Of a stretch of DNA of 64,000 nt, positions 12,601 to 27,026 are shown piece after piece (positions within the stretch are counted from its first letter, which is position 1; each line of letters starts with the position of its first letter). This DNA comes from Auanema rhodensis (lineage: Eukaryota > Animalia > Nematoda): positions 18,786,001 to 18,850,000 of the forward strand of contig OZ059897.1 in assembly GCA_964057225.1 (NCBI GenBank), read 5' to 3'. Position numbers and translations under genes: made by a program. Below the pieces are notes generated by a model. It worked only from the letters and a program-made list of their open reading frames with translations. It did not search any database and was not told the DNA's origin.

Positions 12601-12987
12601 ATAAGTGTGAACTTATATCAGTTGATATCTCGGTGCATTTTTAAGCTAGCGCAAATCTGATAACACAGATCGACGCAGCTTAAAAATCCGCATCGAATGC
12701 ACTATACTACATTGAGAAACGCGTGATACAAAAATTAGTTATGATCGTTTGAAAAATGATGCATTAGTGTATGTTGAGTTTCCATGTACACTCAACATTG
12801 CTTCCAAAAACATTTTGACAAAAATTTTTTCGAAAAATTTCAAAATAATTTAGCAAAAAGTAGATGTTTTTAGATTCCATTTTTCAAGGCAAAGACGATG
12901 GACAATGTTATTCAACGAAAAAATTATTTCTTCAGGGTGAAAATCGAGAATATAAGTGTGAACTTATATCAGTTGATATCTCGGTGC
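6670..12987 (+). repeat. 9-monomer higher-order repeat (3159 bp) x2: M20-28 and M29-37
   Basis: The same ordered rare variants recur 3159 bp apart: T100C+A209G (M23/M32), G23A+A73T (M25/M34), A284G (M27/M36), CGCGTGA+G313A (M28/M37). Confidence 0.9.
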
Positions 12988-15900
12988 ATTTTTAAGCTAG
13001 CGCAAATCTGATAACACAGATCGACGCAGCTTAAAAATCCGCATCGAATGCACTATACTACATTAAGGAACGCTTGATACAAAAATTAGTTATGATCGTT
13101 TGAAAAATGATGCATTAGTGTATGTTGAGTTTCCATGTACACTCAACATTGCTTCCAAAAACATTTTGACAAAAATTTTTTCGAAAAATTTCAAAATAAT
13201 TTAGCAAAAAGTAGATGTTTTTAGATTCCATTTTTCAAGGCAAAGACGATGGACAATGTTATTCAACGAAGAAATTAATTCTTCAGGGTGAAAATCGAGG
13301 ATATAAGTGTGAACTTATATCAGTTGATATCTCGGTGCATTTTTAAGCTAGCGCAAATCTGATAACACAGATCGACGCAGCTTAAAAATCCGCATCGAAT
13401 GCACTATACTACATTGAGAAACGCGTGATACAAAAATTAGTTATGATCGTTTGAAAAATGATGCATTAGTGTATGTTGAGTTTCCATGTACACTCAACAT
13501 TGCTTCCAAAAACATTTTGACAAAAATTTTTTCGAAAAATTTCAAAATAATTTAGCAAAAAGTAGATGTTTTTAGATTCCATTTTTCAAGGCAAAGACGA
13601 TGGACAATGTTATTCAACGAAAAAATTATTTCTTCAGGGTGAAAATCGAGAATATAAGTGTGAACTTATATCAGTTGATATCTCGGTGCATTTTTAAGCT
13701 AGCGCAAATCTGATAACACAGATCGACGCAGCTTAAAAATCCGCATCGAATGCACTATACTACATTAAGAAACGCTTGATACAAAAATTAGTTATGATCG
13801 TTTGAAAAATGATGCATTAGTGTATGTTGAGTTTCCATGTACACTCAACATTGCTTCCAAAAACATTTTGACAAAAATTTTTTCGAAAAATTTCAAAATA
13901 ATTTAGCAAAAAGTAGATGTTTTTAGATTCCTTTTTTCAAGGCAAAGACGATGGACAATGTTATTCAACGAAAAAATTATTTCTTCAGGGTGAAAATCGA
14001 GGATATAAGTGTGAACTTATATCAGTTGATATCTCGGTGCATTTTTAAGCTAGCGCAAATCTGATAACACAGATCGACGCAGCTTAAAAATCCGCATCGA
14101 ATGCACTATACTACATTGGAAACCGCTTGATACAAAAATTAGTTATGATCGTTTGAAAAATGATGCATTAGTGTATGTTGAGTTTCCATGTACACTCAAC
14201 ATTGCTTCCAAAAACATTTCGACAAAAATTTTTTCGAAAAATTTCAAAATAATTTAGCAAAAAGTAGATGTTTTATGATTCCATTTTTCAAGGCAAAGAC
14301 GATGGACAATGTTATTCAACGAAAAAATTAATTCTTCAGGGTGAAAATCGAGGATATAAGTGTGAACTTATATCAGTTGATATCTCGGTGCATTTTTAAG
14401 CTAGCGCAAATCTGATAACACAGATCGACGCAGCTTAAAAATCCGCATCGAATGCACTATACTACATTGAGAAACGCTTAATACAAAAATTAGTTATGAT
14501 CGTTTGAAAAATGATGCATTAGTGTATGTTGAGTTTCCATGTACACTCAACATTGCTTCCAAAAACATTTTGACAAAAATTTTTTCGAAAAATTTCAAAA
14601 TAATTTAGCAAAAAGTAGATGTTTTTAGATTCCATTTTTCAAGGCAAAGACGATGGACAATGTTATTCAACGAAAAAATTATTTCTTCAGGGTGAAAATC
14701 GAGAATATAAGTGTGAACTTATATCAGTTGATATCTCGGTGCATTTTTAAGCTAGCGCAAATCTGATAACACAGATCGACGCAGCTTAAAAATCCGCATC
14801 GAATGCACTATACTACATTGAAAAACGCTTGATACAAAAATTAGTTATGATCGTTTGAAAAATGATGCATTAGTGTATGTTGAGTTTCCATGTACACTCA
14901 ACATTGCTTCCAAAAACATTTCGACAAAAATTTTTTCGAAAAATTTCAAAATAATTTAGCAAAAAGTAGATGTTTTATGATTCCATTTTTCAAGGCAAAG
15001 ACGATGGACAATGTTATTCAACGAAAAAATTAATTCTTCAGGGTGAAAATCGAGGATATAAGTGTGAACTTATATCAGTTGATATCTCGGTGCATTTTTA
15101 AGCTAGCGCAAATCTGATAACACAGATCGACGCAGCTTAAAAATCCGCATCGAATGCACTATACTACATTGAGAAACGCTTAATACAAAAATTAGTTATG
15201 ATCGTTTGAAAAATGATGCATTAGTGTATGTTGAGTTTCCATGTACACTCAACATTGCTTCCAAAAACATTTTGACAAAAATTTTTTCGAAAAATTTCAA
15301 AATAATTTAGCAAAAAGTAGATGTTTTTAGATTCCATTTTTCAAGGCAAAGACGATGGACAATGTTATTCAACGAAAAAATTATTTCTTCAGGGTGAAAA
15401 TCGAGAATATAAGTGTGAACTTATATCAGTTGATATCTCGGTGCATTTTTAAGCTAGCGCAAATCTGATAACACAGATCGACGCAGCTTAAAAATCCGCA
15501 TCGAATGCACTATACTACATTGAGAAACGCGTGATACAAAAATTAGTTATGATCGTTTGAAAAATGATGCATTAGTGTATGTTGAGTTTCCATGTACACT
15601 CAACATTGCTTCCAAAAACATTTTGACAAAAATTTTTTCGAAAAATTTCAGAATAATTTAGCAAAAAGTAGATGTTTTTAGATTCCTTTTTTCAAGGCAA
15701 AGACGATGGACAATGTTATTCAACGAAAAAATTATTTCTTCAGGGTGAAAATCGAGGATATAAGTGTGAACTTATATCAGTTGATATCTCGGTGCATTTT
15801 TAAGCTAGCGCAAATCTGATAACACAGATCGACGCAGCTTAAAAATCCGCATCGAATGCACTATACTACATTGAAAAACGCTTGATACAAAAATTAGTTA

Positions 15901-18900
15901 TGATCGTTTGAAAAATGATGCATTAGTGTATGTTGAGTTTCCATGTACACTCAATATTGCTTCCAAAAACATTTCGACAAAAATTTTTTCGAAAAATTTC
16001 AAAATAATTTAGCAAAAAGTAGATGTTTTATGATTCCATTTTTCAAGGCAAAGACGATGGACAATGTTATTCAACGAAAAAATTAATTCTTCAGGGTGAA
16101 AATCGAGGATATAAGTGTGAACTTATATCAGTTGATATCTCGGTGCATTTTTAAGCTAGCGCAAATCTGATAACACAGATCGACGCAGCTTAAAAATCCG
16201 CATCGAATGCACTATACTACATTGAGAAACGCTTAATACAAAAATTAGTTATGATCGTTTGAAAAATGATGCATTAGTGTATGTTGAGTTTCCATGTACA
16301 CTCAACATTGCTTCCAAAAACATTTTGACAAAAATTTTTTCGAAAAATTTCAAAATAATTTAGCAAAAAGTAGATGTTTTTAGATTCCATTTTTCAAGGC
16401 AAAGACGATGGACAATGTTATTCAACGAAAAAATTATTTCTTCAGGGTGAAAATCGAGAATATAAGTGTGAACTTATATCAGTTGATATCTCGGTGCATT
16501 TTTAAGCTAGCGCAAATCTGATAACACAGATCGACGCAGCTTAAAAATCCGCATCGAATGCACTATACTACATTAAAAAACGCGTGATACAAAAATTAGT
16601 TATGATCGTTTGAAAAATGATGCATTAGTGTATGTTGAGTTTCCATGTACACTCAACATTGCTTCCAAAAACATTTTGACAAAAATTTTTTCGAAAAATT
16701 TCAAAATAATTTAGCAAAAAGTAGATGTTTTTAGATTCCATTTTTCAAGGCAAAGACGATGGACAATGTTATTCAACGAAAAAATTATTTCTTCAGGGTG
16801 AAAATCGAGAATATAAGTGTGAACTTATATCAGTTGATATCTCGGTGCATTTTTAAGCTAGCGCAAATCTGATAACACAGATCGACGCAGCTTAAAAATC
16901 CGCATCGAATGCACTATACTACATTAAAAAACGCGTGATACAAAAATTAGTTATGATCGTTTGAAAAATGATGCATTAGTGTATGTTGAGTTTCCATGTA
17001 CACTCAACATTGCTTCCAAAAACATTTTGACAAAAATTTTTTCGAAAAATTTCAAGATAATTTAGCAAAAAGTAGATGTTTTTAGATTCCTTTTTTCAAG
17101 GCAAAGACGATGGACAATGTTATTCAACGAAAAAATTATTTCTTCAGGGTGAAAATCGAGGATATAAGTGTGAACTTATATCAGTTGATATCTCGGTGCA
17201 TTTTTAAGCTAGCGCAAATCTGATAACACAGATCGACGCAGCTTAAAAATCCGCATCGAATGCACTATACTACATTGAGAAACGCGTGATACAAAAATTA
17301 GTTATGATCGTTTGAAAAATGATGCATTAGTGTATGTTGAGTTTCCATGTACACTCAACATTGCTTCCAAAAACATTTTGACAAAAATTTTTTCGAAAAA
17401 TTTCAAGATAATTTAGCAAAAAGTAGATGTTTTTAGATTCCTTTTTTCAAGGCAAAGACGATGGACAATGTTATTCAACGAAAAAATTATTTCTTCAGGG
17501 TGAAAATCGAGGATATAAGTGTGAACTTATATCAGTTGATATCTCGGTGCATTTTTAAGCTAGCGCAAATCTGATAACACAGATCGACGCAGCTTAAAAA
17601 TCCGCATCGAATGCACTATACTACATTGAGAAACGCTTAATACAAAAATTAGTTATGATCGTTTGAAAAATGATGCATTAGTGTATGTTGAGTTTCCATG
17701 TACACTCAACATTGCTTCCAAAAACATTTTGACAAAAATTTTTTCGAAAAATTTCAAAATAATTTAGCAAAAAGTAGATGTTTTTAGATTCCATTTTTCA
17801 AGGCAAAGACGATGGACAATGTTATTCAACGAAAAAATTATTTCTTCAGGGTGAAAATCGAGAATATAAGTGTGAACTTATATCAGTTGATATCTCGGTG
17901 CATTTTTAAGCTAGCGCAAATCTGATAACACAGATCGACGCAGCTTAAAAATCCGCATCGAATGCACTATACTACATTGAGAAACGCGTGATACAAAAAT
18001 TAGTTATGATCGTTTGAAAAATGATGCATTAGTGTATGTTGAGTTTCCATGTACACTCAACATTGCTTCCAAAAACATTTCGACAAAAATTTTTTCGAAA
18101 AATTTCAAAATAATTTAGCAAAAAGTAGATGTTTTATGATTCCATTTTTCAAGGCAAAGACGATGGACAATGTTATTCAACGAAAAAATTAATTCTTCAG
18201 GGTGAAAATCGAGGATATAAGTGTGAACTTATATTAGTTGATATCTCGGTGCATTTTTAAGCTAGCGCAAATCTGATAACACAGATCGACGCAGCTTAAA
18301 AATCCGCATCGAATGCACTATACTACATTGAGAAACGCGTGATACAAAAATTAGTTATGATCGTTTGAAAAATGATGCATTAGTGTATGTTGAGTTTCCA
18401 TGTACACTCAACATTGCTTCCAAAAACATTTTGACAAAAATTTTTTCGAAAAATTTCAAAATAATTTAGCAAAAAGTAGATGTTTTTAGATTCCTTTTTT
18501 CAAGGCAAAGACGATGGACAATGTTATTCAACGAAAAAATTATTTCTTCAGGGTGAAAATCGAGGATATAAGTGTGAACTTATATCAGTTGATATCTCGG
18601 TGCATTTTTAAGCTAGCGCAAATCTGATAACACAGATCGACGCAGCTTAAAAATCCGCATCGAATGCACTATACTACATTGAAAAACGCTTGATACAAAA
18701 ATTAGTTATGATCGTTTGAAAAATGATGCATTAGTGTATGTTGAGTTTCCATGTACACTCAACATTGCTTCCAAAAACATTTTGACAAAAATTTTTTCGA
18801 AAAATTTCAAAATAATTTAGCAAAAAGTAGATGTTTTATGATTCCATTTTTCAAGGCAAAGACGATGGACAATGTTATTCAACGAAAAAATTAATTCTTC

Positions 18901-21900
18901 AGGGTGAAAATCGAGGATATAAGTGTGAACTTATATCAGTTGATATCTCGGTGCATTTTTAAGCTAGCGCAAATCTGATAACACAGATCCACGCAGCTTA
19001 AAAATCCTCATCGAATGCACTATACTACATTGAGAAACGCTTAATACAAAAATTAGTTATGATCGTTTGAAAAATGATGCATTAGTGTATGTTGAGTTTC
19101 CATGTACACTCAACATTGCTTCCAAAAACATTTTGACAAAAATTTTTTCGAAAAATTTCAAAATAATTTAGCAAAAAGTAGATGTTTTTAGATTCCATTT
19201 TTCAAGGCAAAGACGATGGACAATGTTATTCAACGAAAAAATTATTTCTTCAGGGTGAAAATCGAGAATATAAGTGTGAACTTATATCAGTTGATATCTC
19301 GGTGCATTTTTAAGCTAGCGCAAATCTGATAACACAGATCGACGCAGCTTAAAAATCCGCATCGAATGCACTATACTACATTGAGAAACGCGTGATACAA
19401 AAATTAGTTATGATCGTTTGAAAAATGATGCATTAGTGTATGTTGAGTTTCCATTTACACTCAACATTGCTTCCAAAAACATTTTGACAAAAATTTTTTC
19501 GAAAAATTTCAAAATAATTTAGCAAAAAGTAGATGTTTTTAGATTCCTTTTTTCAAGGCAAAGACGATGGACAATGTTATTCAACGAAAAAATTATTTCT
19601 TCAGGGTGAAAATCGAGGATATAAGTGTGAACTTATATCAGTTGATATCTCGGTGCATTTTTAAGCTAGCGCAAATCTGATAACACAGATCGACGCAGCT
19701 TAAAAATCCGCATCGAATGCACTATACTACATTGAAAAACGCTTGATACAAAAATTAGTTATGATCGTTTGAAAAATGATGCATTAGTGTATGTTGAGTT
19801 TCCATGTACACTCAACATTGCTTCCAAAAACATTTCGACAAAAATTTTTTCGAAAAATTTCAAAATAATTTAGCAAAAAGTAGATGTTTTATGATTCCAT
19901 TTTTCAAGGCAAAGACGATGGACAATGTTATTCAACGAAAAAATTAATTCTTCAGGGTGAAAATCGAGGATATAAGTGTGAACTTATATCAGTTGATATC
20001 TCGGTGCATTTTTAAGCTAGCGCAAATCTGATAACACAGATCGACGCAGCTTAAAAATCCGCATCGAATGCACTATACTACATTAAGAAACGCTTGATAC
20101 AAAAATTAGTTATGATCGTTTGAAAAATGATGCATTAGTGTATGTTGAGTTTCCATGTACACTCAACATTGCTTCCAAAAACATTTTGACAAAAATTTTT
20201 TCGAAAAATTTCAAAATAATTTAGCAAAAAGTAGATGTTTTTAGATTCCATTTTTCAAGGCAAAGACGATGGACAATGTTATTCAACGAAAAAATTATTT
20301 CTTCAGGGTGAAAATCGAGAATATAAGTGTGAACTTATATCAGTTGATATCTCGGTGCATTTTTAAGCTAGCGCAAATCTGATAACACAGATCGACGCAG
20401 CTTAAAAATCCGCATCGAATGCACTATACTACATTAAAAAACGCTTGATACAAAAATTAGTTATGATCGTTTGAAAAATGATGCATTAGTGTATGTTGAG
20501 TTTCCATGTACACTCAACATTGCTTCCAAAAACATTTCGACAAAAATTTTTTCGAAAAATTTCAAAATAATTTAGCAAAAAGTAGATGTTTTATGATTCT
20601 ATTTTTCAAGGCAAAGACGATGGACAATGTTATTCAACGAAAAAATTAATTCTTCAGGGTGAAAATCGAGGATATAAGTGTGAACTTATATCAGTTGATA
20701 TCTCGGTGCATTTTTAAGCTAGCGCAAATCTGATAACACAGATCGACGCAGCTTAAAAATCCGCATCGAATGCACTATACTACATTGAGAAACGCGTGAT
20801 ACAAAAATTAGTTATGATCGTTTGAAAAATGATGCATTAGTGTATGTTGAGTTTCCATGTACACTCAACATTGCTTCCAAAAACATTTTGACAAAAATTT
20901 TTTCGAAAAATTTCAAAATAATTTAGCAAAAAGTAGATGTTTTTAGATTCCTTTTTTCAAGGCAAAGACGATGGACAATGTTATTCAACGAAAAAATTAT
21001 TTCTTCAGGGTGAAAATCGAGGATATAAGTGTGAACTTATATCAGTTGATATCTCGGTGCATTTTTAAGCTAGCGCAAATCTGATAACACAGATCGACGC
21101 AGCTTAAAAATCCGCATCGAATGCACTATACTACATTGAAAAACGCTTAATACAAAAATTAGTTATGATCGTTTGAAAAATGATGCATTAGTGTATGTTG
21201 AGTTTCCATGTACACTCAACATTGCTTCCAAAAACATTTTGACAAAAATTTTTTCGAAAAATTTCAAAATAATTTAGCAAAAAGTAGATGTTTTTAGATT
21301 CCTTTTTTCAAGGCAAAGACGATGGACAATGTTATTCAACGAAAAAATTATTTCTTCAGGGTGAAAATCGAGGATATAAGTGTGAACTTATATCAGTTGA
21401 TATCTCGGTGCATTTTTAAGCTAGCGCAAATCTGATAACACAGATCGACGCAGCTTAAAAATCCGCATCGAATGCACTATACTACATTGAAAAACGCTTA
21501 ATACAAAAATTAGTTATGATCGTTTGAAAAATGATGCATTAGTGTATGTTGAGTTTCCATGTACACTCAACATTGCTTCCAAAAACATTTCGACAAAAAT
21601 TTTTTCGAAAAATTTCAAAATAATTTAGCAAAAAGTAGATGTTTTATGATTCCATTTTTCAAGGCAAAGACGATGGACAATGTTATTCAACGAAAAAATT
21701 AATTCTTCAGGGTGAAAATCGAGGATATAAGTGTGAACTTATATCAGTTGATATCTCGGTGCATTTTTAAGCTAGCGCAAATCTGATAACACAGATCGAC
21801 GCAGCTTAAAAATCCGCATCGAATGCACTATACTACATTAAGAAACGCTTGATACAAAAATTAGTTATGATCGTTTGAAAAATGATGCATTAGTGTATGT

Positions 21901-24218
21901 TGAGTTTCCATGTACACTCAACATTGCTTCCAAAAACATTTTGACAAAAATTTTTTCGAAAAATTTCAAAATAAATTAGCAAAAAGTAGATGTTTTTAGA
22001 TTCCATTTTTCAAGGCAAAGACGATGGACAATGTTATTCAACGAAAAAATTATTTCTTCAGGGTGAAAATCGAGAATATAAGTGTGAACTTATATCAGTT
22101 GATATCTCGGTGCATTTTTAAGCTAGCGCAAATCTGATAACACAGATCGACGCAGCTTAAAAATCCGCATCGAATGCACTATACTACATTGAGAAACGCT
22201 TACTACAAAAATTAGTTATGATCGTTTGAAAAATGATGCATTAGTGTATGTTGAGTTTCCATGTACACTCAACATTGCTTCCAAAAACATTTTGACAAAA
22301 ATTTTTTCGAAAAATTTCAAAATAATTTAGCAAAAAGTAGATGTTTTTAGATTCCATTTTTCAAGGCAAAGACGATGGACAATGTTATTCAACGAAAAAA
22401 TTAATTCTTCAGGGTGAAAATCGAGGATATAAGTGTGAACTTATATCAGTTGATATCTCGGTGCATTTTTAAGCTAGCGCAAATCTGATAACACAGATCG
22501 ACGCAGCTTAAAAATCCGCATCGAATGCACTATACTACATTGAGAAACGCTTAATACAAAAATTAGTTATGATCGTTTGAAAAATGATGCATTAGTGTAT
22601 GTTGAGTTTCCATGTACACTCAACATTGCTTCCAAAAACATTTTGACAAAAATTTTTCGAAAAATTTCAAAATAATTTAGCAAAAAGTAGATGTTTTTAG
22701 ATTCCATTTTTCAAGGCAAAGACGATGGACAATGTTATTCAACGAAAAAATTATTTCTTCAGGGTGAAAATCGAGGATATAAGTGTGAACTTATATCAGT
22801 TGATATCTCGGTGCATTTTTAAGCTAGCGCAAATCTGATAACACCGATCGACGCAGCTTAAAAATCCGCATCGAATGCACTATACTACATTGAAAAACGC
22901 TTGATACAAAAATTAGTTATGATCGTTTGAAAAATGATGCATTAGTGTATGTTGAGTTTCCATGTACACTCAACATTGCTTCCAAAAACATTTCGACAAA
23001 AATTTTTTCGAAAAATTTCAAAATAATTTAGCAAAAAGTAGATGTTTTTAGATTCCATTTCTCAAGGCAAAGACGATAGACAATGTTATTCAACGAAAAA
23101 ATTAATTCTTCAGGGTGAAAATCGAGGATATAAGTGTGAACTTATATCAGTTGATATCTCGGTGCATTTTTAAGCTAGCGCAAATCTGATAACACAGATC
23201 GACGCAGCTTAAAAATCCGCATCGAATGCACTATACTACATTGAGAAACGCTTACTACAAAAATTAGTTATGATCGTTTGAAAAATGATGCATTAGTGTA
23301 TGTTGAGTTTCCATGTACACTCAACATTGCTTCCAAAAACATTTTGACAAAAATTTTTTCGAAAAATTTCAAAATAATTTAGCAAAAAGTAGATGTTTTC
23401 AGATTCCATTTTTCAAGGCAAAGACGATGGACAATGTTATTCAACGAAAAAATTAATTCTTCAGGGTGAAAATCGAGGATATAAGTGTGAACATATATCA
23501 GTTGATATCTCGGTGCATTTTTAAGCTAGCGCAAATCTAATAACACAGATCGACGCAGCTTAAAAATCCGCATTGAATGCACTATACTACATTGAGAAAC
23601 GCTTAATACAAAAATTAGTTATGATCGTTTGAAAAATGATGCATTAGTGTATGTTGAGTTTCCATGTACACTCAACATTGCTTCCAAAAACATTTTGACA
23701 AAAATTTTTTCGAAAAATTTCAAAATAATTTAGCAAAAAGTAGATGTTTTATGATTCCATTTTTCAAGGCAAAGACGATGGACAATGTTATTCAACGAAA
23801 AAATTAATTCTTCAGGGTGAAAATCGAGAATATAAGTGTGAACTTATATCAGTTGATATCTCGGTGCATTTTTAAGCTAGCGCAAATTTGATAACACAGA
23901 TCGACGCAGCTTAAAAATCCGCATCGAATGCACTATACTACATTGAAAAACGCTTGATACAAAAATTAGTTATGATCGTTTGAAAAATGATGCATTAGTG
24001 TATGTTGAGTTTCCATGTACACTCAACATTGCTTCCAAAAACATTTCGACAAAAATTTTTTCGAAAAATTTCAAAATAATTTAGCAAAAAGTAGATGTTT
24101 TATGATTCCATTTTTCAAGGCAAAGACGATGGACAATGTTATTCAACGAAAAAATTAATTCTTCAGGGTGAAAATCGAGGATATAAGTGTGAACTTATAT
24201 CAGTTGATATCTCGGTGC

Positions 24219-27026
24219 ATTTTTAAGCTAGCGCAAATCTGATAACACAGATCGACGCAGCTTAAAAATCCGCATCGAATGCACTATACTACATTAAGAA
24301 ACGCTCGATACAAAAATTAGTTATGATCGTTTGAAAAATGATGCATTAGTGTATGTTGAGTTTCCATGTACACTCAACATTGCTTCCAAAAACATTTTGA
24401 CAAAAATTTTTTCGAAAAATTTCAAAATAATTTAGCAAAAAGTAGATGTTTTTAGATTCCATTTTTCAAGGCAAAGACGATGGACAATGTTATTCAACGA
24501 AAAAATTATTTCTTCAGGGTGAAAATCGAGAATATAAGTGTGAACTTATATCAGTTGATATCTCGGTGCATTTTTAAGCTAGCGCAAATCTGATAACACA
24601 GATCGACGCAGCTTAAAAATCCGCATCGAATGCACTATACTACATTAAAAAACGCTTGATACAAAAATTAGTTATGATCGTTTGAAAAATGATGCATTAG
24701 TGTATGTTGAGTTTCCATGTACACTCAACATTGCTTCCAAAAACATTTCGACAAAAATTTTTTCGAAAAATTTCAAAATAATTTAGCAAAAAGTAGATGT
24801 TTTATGATTCCATTTTTCAAGGCAAAGACGATGGACAATGTTATTCAACGAAAAAATTAATTCTTCAGGGTGAAAATCGAGGATATAAGTGTGAACTTAT
24901 ATCAGTTGATATCTCGGTGCATTTTTAAGCTAGCGCAAATCTGATAACACAGATCGACGCAGCTTAAAAATCCGCATCGAATGCACTATACTACATTAAG
25001 AAACGCTCGATACAAAAATTAGTTATGATCGTTTGAAAAATGATGCATTAGTGTATGTTGAGTTTCCATGTACACTCAACATTGCTTCCAAAAACATTTT
25101 GACAAAAATTTTTTCGAAAAATTTCAAAATAATTTAGCAAAAAGTAGATGTTTTTAGATTCCATTTTTCAAGGCAAAGACGATGGACAATGTTATTCAAC
25201 GAAAAAATTATTTCTTCAGGGTGAAAATCGAGAATATAAGTGTGAACTTATATCAGTTGATATCTCGGTGCATTTTTAAGCTAGCGCAAATCTGATAACA
25301 CAGATCGACGCAGCTTAAAAATCCGCATCGAATGCACTATACTACATTAAAAAACGCTTGATACAAAAATTAGTTATGATCGTTTGAAAAATGATGCATT
25401 AGTGTATGTTGAGTTTCCATGTACACTCAACATTGCTTCCAAAAACATTTCGACAAAAATTTTTTCGAAAAATTTCAAAATAATTTAGCAAAAAGTAGAT
25501 GTTTTATGATTCCATTTTTCAAGGCAAAGACGATGGACAATGTTATTCAACGAAAAAATTAATTCTTCAGGGTGAAAATCGAGGATATAAGTGTGAACTT
25601 ATATCAGTTGATATCTCGGTGCATTTTTAAGCTAGCGCAAATCTGATAACACAGATCGACGCAGCTTAAAAATCCGCATCGAATGCACTATACTACATTG
25701 AAAAACGCTTGATACAAAAATTAGTTATGATCGTTTGAAAAATGATGCATTAGTGTATGTTGAGTTTCCATGTACACTCAACATTGCTTCCAAAAACATT
25801 TCGACAAAAATTTTTTCGAAAAATTTCAAAATAATTTAGCAAAAAGTAGATGTTTTTAGATTCCATTTCTCAAGGCAAAGACGATAGACAATGTTATTCA
25901 ACGAAAAAATTAATTCTTCAGGGTGAAAATCGAGGATATAAGTGTGAACTTATATCAGTTGATATCTCGGTGCATTTTTAAGCTAGCGCAAATCTGATAA
26001 CACAGATCGACGCAGCTTAAAAATCCGCATCGAATGCACTATACTACATTAAGAAACGCTCGATACAAAAATTAGTTATGATCGTTTGAAAAATGATGCA
26101 TTAGTGTATGTTGAGTTTCCATGTACACTCAACATTGCTTCCAAAAACATTTTGACAAAAATTTTTTCGAAAAATTTCAAAATAATTTAGCAAAAAGTAG
26201 ATGTTTTTAGATTCCATTTTTCAAGGCAAAGACGATGGACAATGTTATTCAACGAAAAAATTATTTCTTCAGGGTGAAAATCGAGAATATAAGTGTGAAC
26301 TTATATCAGTTGATATCTCGGTGCATTTTTAAGCTAGCGCAAATCTGATAACACAGATCGACGCAGCTTAAAAATCCGCATCGAATGCACTATACTACAT
26401 TAAAAAACGCTTGATACAAAAATTAGTTATGATCGTTTGAAAAATGATGCATTAGTGTATGTTGAGTTTCCATGTACACTCAACATTGCTTCCAAAAACA
26501 TTTCGACAAAAATTTTTTCGAAAAATTTCAAAATAATTTAGCAAAAAGTAGATGTTTTATGATTCCATTTTTCAAGGCAAAGACGATGGACAATGTTATT
26601 CAACGAAAAAATTAATTCTTCAGGGTGAAAATCGAGGATATAAGTGTGAACTTATATCAGTTGATATCTCGGTGCATTTTTAAGCTAGCGCAAATCTGAT
26701 AACACAGATCGACGCAGCTTAAAAATCCGCATCGAATGCACTATACTACATTGAAAAACGCTTGATACAAAAATTAGTTATGATCGTTTGAAAAATGATG
26801 CATTAGTGTATGTTGAGTTTCCATGTACACTCAACATTGCTTCCAAAAACATTTCGACAAAAATTTTTTCGAAAAATTTCAAAATAATTTAGCAAAAAGT
26901 AGATGTTTTTAGATTCCATTTCTCAAGGCAAAGACGATAGACAATGTTATTCAACGAAAAAATTAATTCTTCAGGGTGAAAATCGAGGATATAAGTGTGA
27001 ACTTATATCAGTTGATATCTCGGTGC
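24219..27026 (+). repeat. Short higher-order repeat AB-ABC-ABC (M70-77)
   Basis: A = TTAAGAAACGCTCGA type (M70, 72, 75); B = TTAAAAAACGCTTGA+T180C+TTTTATG (M71, 73, 76); C = T247C+G264A type (M74, 77). Confidence 0.88.
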
